Positions 35,653 through 49,142 of a stretch of DNA of 64,000 nucleotides are shown here, in pieces. Origin of the DNA: Rhizophagus irregularis (Eukaryota); assembly GCF_026210795.1 (NCBI RefSeq), contig NC_089429.1, forward strand, positions 2,108,001 to 2,172,000. Reading direction: 5' to 3'. Within the stretch, counting starts at the first letter, position 1. Each line of letters opens with the position of its first letter. A model generated the notes under the pieces. It saw only the letters and a program-made list of their open reading frames with translations. It ran no database searches and was not told where the DNA came from. A program made the translations under genes and the position numbers.

Positions 35653-36855
35653 TTCAAATATTACGTCTAGTTTTATCATTGGAATTATTGATAATGTATT
35701 AAATAGTTTGTAAGGGTCGTGACATAATATCGCTCTAATAGTAGCGTCTACCCCAGTACCCCATCCAGGTAAGATATTTGGTCACGTGCACAATGATCAC
35801 TTTCCTTTTTAGGCGTTATTAATTTAAATAGTTTAATATTTAAATAGTAAACTTTTTTCTCTAGTCTTTTTTTTATTTTTTCTTTTTTAACCTTTCCATT
35901 ATTACATTTTTTTATATTTTTAAAATGTACCATAAATTTATAATGTTCAATTATAAAAAATTTTTTATATTATTATTTTGATTTAAAACTGGTTTTTTTG
36001 ATCATCAATATGCACGTACGACAAGAAATACAACGATTATAAATGTGCTGCAGCATGCTGGCCCTCACTCAGATTGCTCACAATAATTATAAACATGCTG
36101 TGGAGTTTTTATGTCACGTTTAACTTATATTTCTACAAAAAATTTATTCATACAAAAAAACGCGTTAAGTCGTTAACCTTTTATACCAAATATTAATAAA
36201 TGAGCCACCAAATATTTTTATTTAGTCCTAAATTTAATAAGAAACCAATCTATAGTTCACAACAAATAAATATCAGGAATTTTCTAATGCTTATATATAT
36301 AGTATTATGGTTAAGACTGGAAATGACACCCTGAACCATAAAAAAAAAAGCATTAGAAGAATCCTGAACACACAATTTAGCTTATATAATATATAAACAA
36401 TGAGACTAAAGAATCCTGCGCCTATAGAGCCTAGAGAATCATGGACATGATCATGTAAGTCCAGATGTTTGAAAACATCAGGAAATTTTTTTGGGGATAA
36501 ATATCGATAATTATCACTTTATCGATAATTATCACATTTTATTGTACTAAATGAATCAATAATTAACGTATTATGATCATCATCGATAAACAACTGGAAA
36601 AATATAACAATATTTACATTAATGATATGTATTGATAATTATCTGAAAGATATTTTATGGTATTAAGTGTTAAAAATTTTATCGATGAATTTCTATAAGA
36701 TATTTAACATTAATGATATTTATTGACAATAATCTTAAAAATAAATAATGATATTAAATGCATGTTTAATTTTATCAATAAATTTCTGTAGTGATAAATT
36801 ATTAATCCTGCATAGATTTGCGTTATGTAACATGATATTATAATTAATTAAAATT

Positions 36856-39700
36856 TATTTTATTTTTATTTTTACTTTAGAAAGGTAGATACATTTGTGA
36901 GATACGAAGATACATTGAAATTTTACAAAAATCATATGCACTATTGATCTAAAACTAAATGTACAAAATCCAACCGGCGGACCCACCCTTCGTTAGAACG
37001 AACTGACTAATGGAAAACTAGTCGCCATAGCAGTGAACGAACAAAGGGAATTAGAAACAAAAGTAAAAATAGGGGGAGCACGAAGAGAAGAGAAATTAAA
37101 CGCACTAGTAACCAAATCCGAACTAAAAGAAAAATCTAAAAAGTGAAACCAAGGTAAAATTATGCAAAAAATTAGATGATGTAAAATAAATCCACATGAC
37201 TTTATTGTCACGTGCATGTCGATCGTCATCATACGGACATGATATTACGAACAGCGCGGAGAGAACGGGTATTTATAATCATTGAAGAATCAGATTTATT
37301 ATGTCATCGGTAAGAGGTGAAACTTTTTCGCGTAATATTATTATGAACTTTCCATTCTTTAAAATATAAACATCTAAGTTTCCAAATAGTAGTATATATA
37401 TCAACATGTAAGTCATGGACAAAATTCAATAATAGTCTTTTAATCTTCTTCTTCGATTTAATGGTCGCTTGAAAGGATACCAATAATTTTTGAGGGATGT
37501 AGTTGAGTAAAAATGTTAACAAAATTTGATGATGCGTAACATTGGTTTGTTGGTCACGTGTCCATGAAAAAAGTTGGCAGAAACGAATAGAATCTTGCCA
37601 TATACAAGGTGGTGAATCAGCATGTTCTGTAAGGATTGCGTGTAATTTTATAGCATGATTGTCAAAGATTGGTTTCAATAAACTTAACGTTTTGCTACAT
37701 TGCCATATATAATTATTAGATTCTGTCTCCTCATTACATAGGAAACATGTCGTTAGACCATTCATAATATCCAGAAATTTTCTGTTCATAATGTCTAATG
37801 TAGGAAGTTGTTGGGTAGACGCCTTCAGTTTCCAACTAGTAAATTTGGTATGTTGTTTGGATGTAGGGTGATCAAAAGAATCATATGTCATCCAGAATTT
37901 AGTAATTCCCAATTAATTAAATTGTCTAACGTGAAATCTTTGATGAGTTGTAAAGAGTTATGCGACAAATGAATTTTGAATTGTCTATATTGTAATGGTT
38001 TTGATAAAGTTTGACAAATATTTCTATTGATAGCAAACTCATTATTAAAAATTAAAGTTCCATTTTGTAATGATAGGTTAATGTCACAAATCAAATCACA
38101 ATATTCTCCCTGTTTTGCTAGTGTATCTGCCTGGTCATTAAATAAATCATTAGAATGAGCTTTCACTTTTTTCAAAAGGACCTTCAATTTGAGGGAAAAT
38201 ATAATTTGTTTAATTGCTTGCCAAATGTGACGATTGTTGATTTTTGTAGACGTCAGTCTGAAAGTGAATTATTAAAAATAGAATGGAATGTGTCTATAGT
38301 ACTTTGAGAATCTGTGAAAATTGTCACAGAACTTTAGAACGGACAAATAAGAAGGATATTAAAGATAGCAAAGGCTTCTGCCTTCGTAGTAGGGATCGGA
38401 AAAGATTTGATTAAAATCGAAACTATCGAAAATCGATAAGAATCGATTTTAAATCGAATCTCGAATAAAAATCGAATCTACTTATTGTGGCGCAGTTTCG
38501 TTAATTTGACCGTAAATTATTATTTGTTCATAATAGTTAATTTTGGCCAAATTCATAATTCCGCCCGCGAATCACGTGACGGAACACAAACTTCCTAAAA
38601 AGGAAATTTTATCTCCCAATAAAATTCAAGTTGCTATCGCACAAGGTTGTACAAATTTCCGAAAAAGGAAATTTGTTCGTCGATCACTGTATTTTGTAAT
38701 CACGTGATATGTGTTTAAACACACCTATTAAAAAAAAATCGGTATTTGCGAAACGATTAATCGCGATTAATCGATTTTAGAATCGATTCTAATAATGGGA
38801 ATCGATTCTAATCCCTACTTCGTAGAACTGGCCCACCTATCCAATCTTCCAAAGAACATCATTAATAATTTGTTGGGAGATGTGAGAAGCCAACCAAAAC
38901 CCATATTAGGAGGTAAAGGAGGATCTGGTCTATATAATGAACCATCGGAATAAATTCTAAAGTATATTCTAAATGTAGTTTAATAGCCATTCCTATAAAT
39001 TTGTTGTGAAGGTGTGTTGGTAATAACAAAGATTGTATGAGCGTTACATTACGCACGCATAACGATAAGATATCAGAAAAATTTACAATTTCGGATAATG
39101 TAATATTGCTGACTGCACGTCTTGTTAACTGATTAGAACGTAACAAATGGTCATTATATGCTAACGTACGATTAGTGATATGAGGTTTATTAAGAGCCCA
39201 CGATAATTGATTTCTAGAGCTAAGAGTTTCTGCTTTGAAGCCAATATATTCATCGAATGAGCAAGTGGATTACTGATTATACACTTCGGTCTTAAATCTC
39301 CCCCCATGTAAAAGGTCATATGTAAATTGCAACCTTGACATGGCTTGAGGTAATGGATACGGGATTTGGGTGTAGAATCTGGTGGTGATGGTAATGATAA
39401 ATCAACAACATAATGTTCTGCGTAGCCCAACGCTATGGAGTATGAATAATTTGTCACTGTCAATAATTTTCCATATACAATATCATTGGAAATCGAGCAC
39501 CAATAAGCAAATCCATGTGTTATGCAATTAAAATTTGTCTAGGATTAAGACCAAGGTTTAACATTAAAGTACCTCAACTAATTGTGAATTTAATTAAGAG
39601 ATGTTTGGATCGTGCTATAATGATAAACAAATGACAAGATATAATAATTCAAAGCGTTTATACTCGGTAAACAAACCAAATAATTTTCTATATAACTTTA
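36856..39700 (-). mobile_element. Degenerate 3' part of a non-LTR retrotransposon (RNase H + zinc-finger region)
   Basis: RNase H motifs SSTKAEAFAI, IFTDSQS, KVKAHSNDLFNDQADTLAK; CFLCNEETESNNYIWQC; (TAAAAA)n tail near 36856-36876; many stops and frameshifts; 5' limit uncertain. Confidence 0.8.
38390..38817. mobile_element. hAT MITE (428 bp), same family as 13609-28097, opposite orientation
   Basis: TIRs TAGGGATCGGAA / TTCTAATCCCTA; 8-bp TSD CTTCGTAG; splits the LINE RNase H at SSTK/AEA. Confidence 0.92.
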
Positions 39701-40358
39701 TTTTATAAAATAATCCAAATTCACGCTAATTTCTGTCAGTCGAACAGCTAAGGGTTGAAATGTTGTGAATGTCTAAAATTTTTTAATAGAATTCAGGGAG
39801 AATGGTATCAACGGTAGAGCGAATGTAAAATCACGTAAACTTATTAAGAATAAATTCTGTGTATTAAAGTTTTAATTGAATAAATAAAATTTCCTAATTT
39901 CTTTTTAATAAATTATTTAATTATTTCCAAGAATAAAGGAATTATTATAAAAATTCTTTCCAGTTGATTAAAAAGCTATTTTATCGAAGCATTTTATAAG
40001 ATCCAATTCATAATCTTCTTCCGATAAGATTCTACTTCATTCCATAATTCATTGGTCTTGACTATTCATCCTTTTATATTATTTCATATTACAAAGGATT
40101 TCAGTTACAGATATAAATAAGTATAGTACTATAGTAGGGTTATATTGGAGCAGACCTAATGATCAATTTTTTTATGATACGGTATTTTTAATAAAATCAG
40201 TTACATACTTATGATCCTACAAAATCCATTTCATATATAGCTCTTTTTTTTTATAGTAAAACGCATTTCTTTATTAATTATAATTATAGTACAGTAGAAA
40301 TACCTAACATTTTATAACTAGCCATACTATCAATACTAATACTATACTATAATAAAAT

Positions 40359-41995
40359 TTATAAAAAAAAAGAAATGAAATACAATAAACTATCTAATCT
40401 ATTTAGTTTTCTTTTTGCTATCCTTTTTTTTGTCTTTTTTCTGCACCATATTCCATTCATATTCTCACTTGCTAAAATGTGTTTCTTCCCTTCTTTTATG
40501 CCGTCCGTAAATTTAACTTCTTTTTTAGGCAGCGGGTTAAGTAACCTAGCGGAACAAGACGCATTAATTTGGTTATAGTTATTTAATTCCTCATTCGAAA
40601 TCCTTTTTTGAGCCAGCAAACTCCAAACTAGTAGTCGCTTCATTACTGTTTTATACCAAGTGACCGCCATTTTTTGTTTTTCATAAAAACTTTCATCGAA
40701 CAAATTTTTAGTCATTTCACATTCCTCTTTCTTGTCCGCATGTAAAGATGGAAAAAATCTGGCCACACCACAGATCCTGTCGGTCATAACATAATCCGTT
40801 ACTCTCACTTCCGGTTTATAGTCCCGCCAATTCCTAATGATTTCAACAACTCCCTCCGGTTGAGTATATTCTTTAATCGATTGTGAACTTATCGGACAAG
40901 GTGCCTCGTCTAATGTTCCCGAACGGAATTTATTGATCGTTTCCACTACCGTCTCAACAGGAGGGAGTGTATTTAGTGGTGTGTCCATTTTACTTCAGCC
41001 ATTAATTCGTTCATAAGATCGTCCGTGTTAATGTGAAGGTTAGGTCTTTGTGGTAAGGAGTTAGTACGCTTCGCGTTCCAATTAACGAACCGTTACGTTG
41101 AACTCGATGCCGACTATAAATGATTCAAGCCTTTTCTTTATCTTCTACTTATATTGATTTATTGATCGCTTTCTGTCTTTGCTTCTCATCTTTAAAGTTC
41201 GCCAAAAATATCAATTATTTTCCAAAACGTACAGTTTTTCCATATTCAAAAACTATAATCACCTTTACCCACGTCTTGAATGAAGCCGCATGAAGCACCT
41301 TATAGGATTTCCATCCGCAACGCTCTTTGATATCCTTGACTTTGAGCATCCAATAAACCATCTAATATGAAAATACTTTCTATTTTTTTGTTCAGGCCAA
41401 TCGTTAATGGAAAACTCCATTTTTGTCAATTCCAGCTCTGACTGTTTGGTGTTTCCGTTATTTTTAATGCTAATTTAAGTTGGAAATCAAAACTTTTTAT
41501 CGCCGAAATTACTTCATTCTCCATACTGAGCTGGAATATCGTAGAAAATTATGTCACGTGATACCACAGATAACTTTGCTTCATTTTCGATCATGTGGTC
41601 GGGTTTTTACTTTTACTTTTTGATTGGTCATTTTTCTGACAATCCCAAACGATGATAATTTTTTCCTTTCTTGTCCTAGTTTCTGTTTCACCGTATTCAG
41701 TTCTTTGTTTGAAGAATCTAATTCTTTTTTACGATTTTTAATTCGTTCTTCGACTTCAGTTGCCGTTTTTGTAATGTGTATGTTTTTTTGCTGCGCCTCC
41801 CGCAGCCAGCATCGAAATTTTTCGTTATCGGACCAAATTCTTTTCATATTGTTGTCATAAATTGTTAACGTTACTTCCTTACAAATCTATAACTAGTTCC
41901 ACTGTTTCGCTGTTTGGTGCTGTAGAAGAACTTATATCCTGAAAAAAAAAAGTTGTTTATTACAAAAACTTAATAATAAAGTTCAAAGATTTACC
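40359..41995 (-). pseudogene. Fragmented hypothetical gene(s)
   Basis: 209-aa and 88-aa (coiled-coil) ORFs on the same strand, a GT-AG intron near 41940-41995, intervening stops; no family recognised. Confidence 0.35.
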
Positions 41996-42253
41996 TGAAG
42001 GTAACTTAAAATAGTTAGTGAGCAAATATACAAATGGTATTTATATTCGCAAATCACCACATACTCTAGCACAATGGCACTTTTGTATTAGATTATTAGA
42101 TCAATACCAAATATACACAAATTACGCAATGGGTATACGTAATCTATAATACCATATAAATATTCATCCAATAATTTTTTATATGCACTTTACGTCTTTA
42201 CGTCTTTTACGTTTAAAAAAAAAACGATACATTTTTTTTTAAACTAAAATAAA

Positions 42254-43714
42254 ATGGAAAAATTAAATGTTGATTGTCTTATTCTTATTTTCAATGAATT
42301 AAAAGCAGAAATAAGAAATAAATACTTGTATTCATGTCTTTTAGTTAATAAGGAATGGTCTCATTTAGTAGTTCCTATCTTATGGGCAAATCCAGAATAC
42401 CTTAATAATGATTCAAAAAAAAAATTTTGTAATACAATAGTTTCCTGTCTACCACCTTCTTTAAAACAACTTTTATTTGATAATGATATTAGGTTACCCT
42501 CGACAATTTTTTCGAAATCCCTAACATTTAATTATATCAGCTTTTTTAAATATTTACATGCTAAAGTTATAAATAATATTATAGAATTTGTATTTGAAAA
42601 AGAAATTACAAAATCTATTGATTTTTTAGAAAAAAGAAAATTTTTAGAACAAGAAATTTACAAGTTATTAATTAGTCAATGTAAAAACGTTAGATATTTG
42701 GATTGGAATACTTCTCTACCTTTACAATCATTTCCAGGAGCTCAAACATGTTTCTCTCAACTTTGTAGTATAGATGTTAATCTAAAACACGTAAATTCCA
42801 ATAATCTTTATGAGTTGGCACAGATTTGCAGAGATATCAAAATGTTAAGTATTAATAATTATTCTCAAGATATCCCTGGATTAATTTCTTTAATTGATGC
42901 ACAGAGAGACTTACAAGGTGTAACATTTAGTTCTCATAATATGAAAAAGAAAGGAAATTTTAAAGAACTAGGTAGAGCAATAGCAAGAAAAAGTTGTACA
43001 ATTAAACATCTTACTTTATATAATTCAATTGGTGTTATTTCACATTCATTCTTAACATCGTTAATTAATCTAACCTATTTAATGGTTAGTAATAATGGTG
43101 GAATTTATGATGAAACTAAAGAAATTGTTGAATTTAAAAAATATTTAGAAAATTCAAATTTTCCAAATCTTTGTTCTCTTGAAATGGGCAATAATTTATC
43201 ATGCTTTAAGGAATTGGCAATATTAATTGAAAAAACCAAAGGAGAGATTGAGGATGTTCAAGTGTTTTGTAATTTTGCTGATAATACAGGAATATTAGTT
43301 CAAGCCATTTCTAATCGTTGTCCAAATATACAGTTCTTATCTACATATATTGGCATTAACGACTTGATTTATGTTGAAACATTATTAAAGAATTGCAAAG
43401 GTTTAGTACGTTTATATCTTGATAATGCGGATGAAATTAACGATATAGGAGATAAATTACTAGGCATTTTAGCAAAATTTTCTCCAGAATCTTTAACTAA
43501 TATAGGTATTAGTGGAAACTGGAAATATACAATTGATGCTTTTACAAATTTTCTTGAGAGTTATAGGGGACGAAAACTTACTAGTTTTGATATCAATGGT
43601 TATTATGGGGAACCTATGGTTGCTATTACAACAGAACATATAAATGTTATTAGAAAGTACTATAATGAAGAAATAGTAGAAAGTTCGAATATTTTGGATT
43701 CTTATTCATATTAA
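42254..43714 (+). CDS. F-box / LRR (RNI-like) protein
   Basis: 486 aa; LNVDCLILIFNEL...LYSCLLVNKEWSHLVVPILW followed by LRR-like repeats. Confidence 0.85.
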   Translation: MEKLNVDCLILIFNELKAEIRNKYLYSCLLVNKEWSHLVVPILWANPEYLNNDSKKKFCNTIVSCLPPSLKQLLFDNDIRLPSTIFSKSLTFNYISFFKYLHAKVINNIIEFVFEKEITKSIDFLEKRKFLEQEIYKLLISQCKNVRYLDWNTSLPLQSFPGAQTCFSQLCSIDVNLKHVNSNNLYELAQICRDIKMLSINNYSQDIPGLISLIDAQRDLQGVTFSSHNMKKKGNFKELGRAIARKSCTIKHLTLYNSIGVISHSFLTSLINLTYLMVSNNGGIYDETKEIVEFKKYLENSNFPNLCSLEMGNNLSCFKELAILIEKTKGEIEDVQVFCNFADNTGILVQAISNRCPNIQFLSTYIGINDLIYVETLLKNCKGLVRLYLDNADEINDIGDKLLGILAKFSPESLTNIGISGNWKYTIDAFTNFLESYRGRKLTSFDINGYYGEPMVAITTEHINVIRKYYNEEIVESSNILDSYSY

Positions 43715-44238
43715 ATTTAGATACTTTTAGTTAACTTTAAAATAAGTGTAAGATAAAGATGTGCATTTTTGAGCTTTCGAACCTATTATTTCAACGGATA
43801 TAACGAAAGTTCATTACGTTAATGGGTTGAACAAGGCTGAAGAAAAATTTTGAGCAAGCCTTAAAAGATAAAGTAAAAAATGAAAGTACGATATGTTATC
43901 GGATATGTATGATTTGTATTCATAATTTTAGTATATAACTTATGTACATGATTTTTATATATATATAACTTAAAGTATATGAGTTTTTTTGATTATAAAT
44001 AAACATGTTTTTTGATTATATTTTATAAAAATTATAAAAATTAAAAATGTTTTGAAAATTTAGCCAAATTAAACAAATAGAGGTGTATGGGTACGTAACG
44101 CCCTAATACTTAACTATTCCAGATGCAGATGGTTAAATTATACTGTAAATAAATTTCATTTAGCAAATTACGTTCTGTACCCTACATGAGTATAGTAAAC
44201 TTTGTGTCATTTAATAAGAAGGTAATCGCTATGCTATC

Positions 44239-45121
44239 GGTTACGGTACATTTCCATTTCACCGAAGTCATTTCGCCGAAGGGATGTTTCACTGAAGGGA
44301 CGTTTCACTGAAGGGACGTTTCACTGAAGGGACGTTTCACTGAAGGGACGTTTCACTGAAGGGACGTTTCGCCGAAGGGACGTTTTGTCGAAAGTGCATT
44401 TTATTGAATCAAATTCACCGAATCGCTCGTCCATTTTTCCAAATTCCATTTCACCGAATTCTATTTCGCCAAATGGACATTTCGCCGAAAGTGGGGAGTA
44501 TTCAAAGGACATAGAATTTTTTCGGTTAGTAAAAACCTATTTGTCACGAATTATTTGTCCAAATCTGCCCCGCTTTAGAGATTAAAATTTTTATAAAAAT
44601 ATTCATCACGCCATGAAAATAAAAATTAAATTATTTTTTGTTTTTTTTTTCCAGGATATTATCAAGTAACTGATATTAATTGTTAGGAAATAAATAAATA
44701 ACTTTATTTTTCTGAAAACATTTATTCTCGAAAAAGTGAGTAAAAAAAAGATTAATGTATTATAAATAAGGAGATAAATTTAATAAAATCATCTAATTCA
44801 AAAATTTTTCTAGAAAAGATTTCTTTATGTACAGTATATAGTATAAAAACAATAAAATAACCAAATGGAATAAATAATATTTTCGGTGAAATGTTCATTC
44901 GGCAAAATTTCCATTCGGTGAAATGCATTCGATAAAATGGCTTCGGTGAAATGGAATTCGGTGAAATGGAATTCGGTGAAATGTGGTTTCGGTGAAATGG
45001 TATTTTAGCGAAACATCCGTCCTTTCAACGAAATATCCCTTCGTTGAAATATTCCTTCGGCAAAATGGCTTCGGTGAAACGGGTTTCAGTGAAATGGATT
45101 TCGGCGAAAAGTACCGATACC
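44239..45121. mobile_element. Non-autonomous TIR element with inverted subterminal TTTCRCCGAA arrays
   Basis: Imperfect TIRs GGTTACGGTACATTTC / GAAAAGTACCGATACC flanked by ATC on both sides; 16-bp tandem TTCACTGAAGGGACGT. Confidence 0.7.
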
Positions 45122-46213
45122 ATCGCGGGTTATCTCAATTACGGTACATTTCGCATCGCTATCTACTGAGATTAATAAATGTATTTTTTCTCATTATAGA
45201 GGTATATTATATGTAGGTAAAAAATTTCATAAATCATTACCCCACTAAAGATCGATTTTAATATATAAAAGGAAAAGTCCAAATCTGAGATAATAGAAAT
45301 GTATTACATAATGTGTAAATCAATGCCGAATATAGAAGATCAGCATCCTAAAAAGGAAACCGCTCAGAGACAAATTTTATATATATGTCGTTTCGTACAG
45401 TTCAATACTTGTCCTGACGTCACCCGTTAGACAAGAGACATTCATATAAAGTTTTTATTTTTGTAAAAATTGTAGGATAGTGATTCTAAGCTAACTTTAA
45501 TAAGTTAATTAAAAGAAAGTAATATTACAAAATAAAACAATTGTATTTTTTTTATTAATAAGAAATTATCTAATTTTTTTTCGTCAAAAATTACTAAGCT
45601 AAAAAAAGATCATTGATTGAATACCAGATATGATTATACCAATATAATTTTACTTCGTATAAATTTTGCCAAAAATTTTACTAACTAAATTAGGTAATCA
45701 AATTATTTTTTAATAGCCAAATTAACTAAACCAAAAAAAATATGAATTCTAATGCCATAAAAAATGATCATTAAACGATCAAATTTAAATCCTTTCGCTT
45801 AAATCATAAGAACAGATTTAATTTTTTCACTAATAAAAAATAAATAAAAATTGACTAAAAAACTTATGTGTTTAGAAAGTATATGATTTTTTCTTAGTCT
45901 TAATACGATTATTAAGATTTATTATTGTTAAGAAATGTATTTAGAAGATACTGTAGCTATTTTTGAATGTTTCAATACTAATAAAAAAAGTACAATAGCA
46001 TAGATTCCTTTTACTATTTTTTTCTGCAGAATTAATAATAAATAACTATCTAAGATTCTCTTTATTAATTAAATAAAATAAACAAAGGCATAATTATGAT
46101 TGTCCAAGATTTTTTTTTCGTCAGAAATCATACCAAAATGATCAGCAATTACGAAAGATTTTTTTTTTCTTTGAAACAAGAAAATATTTTTTTTTTATAC
46201 TTTAAAAGTATGA

Positions 46214-49142
46214 CTAATTATAAATACATTCAAGAAAATATTGTTTTCTAATCACTTGAAAAACTTCATAATCATTTACATTAAATCTTCCTCTTGGCAT
46301 CCCTATGAAAAAAAATCATCCAATTTTTGTACGATATTTGTTCAAGTCCGTGTGGAAATTGTACAATTATTGCAGATTTTTGGATAAAATTAGCTATGAA
46401 GTTTTTCAAAGCATATTAAAAGTATGCAATTTTTGTACAACTTAAATTTAGAATATAGAAAATGTTCAATTTTTGTGTGATCTTTATACAACTTAACAGA
46501 AAACATTCAATTTTTGTACAATAAAAATTGTGATTATTGTACAACTTGAAAATAGACTTAAATTTAGGATACAGAAAGCAATTTTTGAGTAATCCTACTA
46601 TACTACTTTCCATCTTACCTGTATGGTTACATTTGACCACTTTTAGGGTCAAATAGACCACTTTTAACCATTACAAATAGATTTTCCTAAGTAAAGTGAT
46701 TTATGCAGTAAGGTTACACAAATTTCAACTGCATATTTGCTTATAAACGGGCATCTTTCGGACCCATTGGTGAAATTTTTGTATCATCTTGTAACTAAAA
46801 AAAAGTCAAAAACTTTTTATTAGGTTACACAATTAGTTCTGACTGGAATTATAATTTGGCCAGAATTATGCGGTAAAAATTAACTCTTAAATTATATATA
46901 TTGATCACGTGATATGATCGTCAAAATAAATATGATGACGCGAAATGTTTTTGTTTATGTTTTTTTAACCTTTTAACTTTTCTTCAACTTTCTTTTAAAA
47001 TATCATGTAAGAAAAACTTGTGTTCTTTATCTTTTTATTTTCCTAACTTTTTACATTTTAATGTTACTAACTTGCTTTCTTCACTAACTTCATACTTTTT
47101 TTTATTACTAACACTAATAATTTACTTTTTAACACACTAATTTGCTTTCTTCACTAACTTCATACTTTTTTATTACTAACACTAATAATTTACTTTTTAA
47201 CACTACTAATTTGCTTTCTTCACTAACTTCATACTTTTTTATTTATTTAATACTAATAATTTACTTACACTAATAATTTACTTTCTTCTTTGATACTACT
47301 AATTTACTTTCATGTTATTAACATACTTTATTTTATTTTATTTTCTTACAAATTTTTATATTTATGATTATATCAAATTTAGTATGTATTTTATTTATGA
47401 AATATTGTGTATATTTTTTATATTTTAAGTCAATAAAAATTCATAATTTCACTTTATAAATTGCCTGTTATTACTGTAAAATTTAACCTATAATTCCTAA
47501 AATATGGCCTAAAATTTGGCTCAGAAATCACACAATAATTGTATAAATTCAGGTCAAAAATAGGATAATTATTGAATGAATTACCATGCAATAATTGTGT
47601 GATTTATTGCAATTTTTAGCACAATTATTGTATGGTCAAATATACAGAAATCGTAGTAAATTTAATTGAATGATTTTTCAACAAAAATCACACAGACTTT
47701 TTTCATAGGGCATACCATCAATTTCAGAATAAGAACTTTGACTACCTCTATAACAACACATTATACCATCGCCACAATAAACTAAATCGTAACCACCACC
47801 AAATATTGGTCCATAATTCAGCCTATTAAATATAGAATATTCATTGCCATTACTATAACTTACTTTTGCAGTTACTATATTCTTCACATCTGCAAAAAAA
47901 TATATGAAACTATCAAATGTGGACATATTACAACTACTTAAATTCCAATAAAGTGGATTATATCCCCCAACTATTTGTTCTGAATTTTCAATTTTCGCAA
48001 CAATAATAGTAGCTCCTTTATTATCACATTTAGCATGAAATTTGGCAGGTGCATTACCATCTCTACTAGCACGATAAAGTAAATTGAAATTATAAGGAAT
48101 ATTTCTTACATTATAATGTAAATTTTCTTTTTTATCGATCCAACTAGCTAGAATAGCAAAATGTTGACGTTCAATTAACGTTGAATCATAAATAAATTTT
48201 GATTGTCGGGGAAGTCCAATCTTATCATTTGTTAATTTTTTATTTGGTGTAATATGAAATTTTACCAAGTCATCAACTAAATCTTCCGGTAATAATTTTT
48301 TTAAAGGATAAACTTTTTCAATAAAATCATCTGAGGAAATATGATAAAATCTAACAAGTGGAACAAATCCATGAAGAGATCTTTCCATAATTATAATATC
48401 CTCCTTGCTCCATTTTGTTAAGTCTTGTGAAATGGAAGGATTTTGTGCAAGACCCCATTTCAATAAATTATCCCAAATTATAATTTCTTCTAAATCCAAG
48501 TCATCCCGGTTTAAAAGTAATTTTAATAAAGGCGCTTTTAAATTGGTAAACTTATTAGAATTAAATAACGTTTCAGGATCTTCACAAATTTTCTCAAGAA
48601 AATAATTCCATAAATCTGTAAATGATTCATGCTGATAAACTGTTTCAAGGATTTCTATAGGATTCTGTTGCAAAAGCTTAAGCTTATCTTCATTTTTAAT
48701 CAAATATTTTTGAATACAAGAGATTAAAGATTGAATATTAAGTTCATCCACTACAATCAAAAGTTTTAATACTTCAGGACCTTGTAATTTTGTTAAATCA
48801 ATCTTCCCACAATAAATATATCTAAATAATTAAAAATATTTTTAACTATTAAAGTACTAAACAATAAATTTTTATAATTTTATGTTACCTTAAAATAATT
48901 TTAAATAATTCAGGAGAAATGTTTGGTTTCTTGAAAATAAATTTTTCATCTTTTTTATTGGCCCATTCATTAGAGAAAGCTGAACAGAAATACTGCGACC
49001 TTGTACATAAAATACTCGAATGAGCATGAAATTCTTTTATATTTTCATTTTCTCCAACGTAAATAATGACATCATATCCCTTTTCAGTTGTAAGTAATTT
49101 TTCCAAATCATTAGAAAGTTCTTGAAAATATTCAAAAGACAT
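46214..49142 (-). pseudogene. BTB-BACK-TLDc protein gene interrupted near its 3' end
   Basis: BTB (DVIIYVG...FHAHSSILCTRSQYF), intron 48822-48888, TLDc (LLYRASRDG...FHAKCDNKG...GGYNP...GPIFGGG). The terminal FNVNDYEVFQV lies beyond the insertion, at 46214-46300. Confidence 0.88.
46301..47710. mobile_element. 1410-bp non-autonomous CACTA/CMC-like DNA transposon
   Basis: TIRs CCCTATGAAAAAA at both ends, 3-bp TSD CAT, internal ~70-bp tandem repeats (47070-47300). Confidence 0.88.

Noticed and set aside
41581..41847. MKRIWSDNEKFRCWL resembles the adenylosuccinate lyase (PurB) N-terminus
   Set aside because: Similarity is limited to ~15 aa; the rest is coiled-coil and upstream frames are broken
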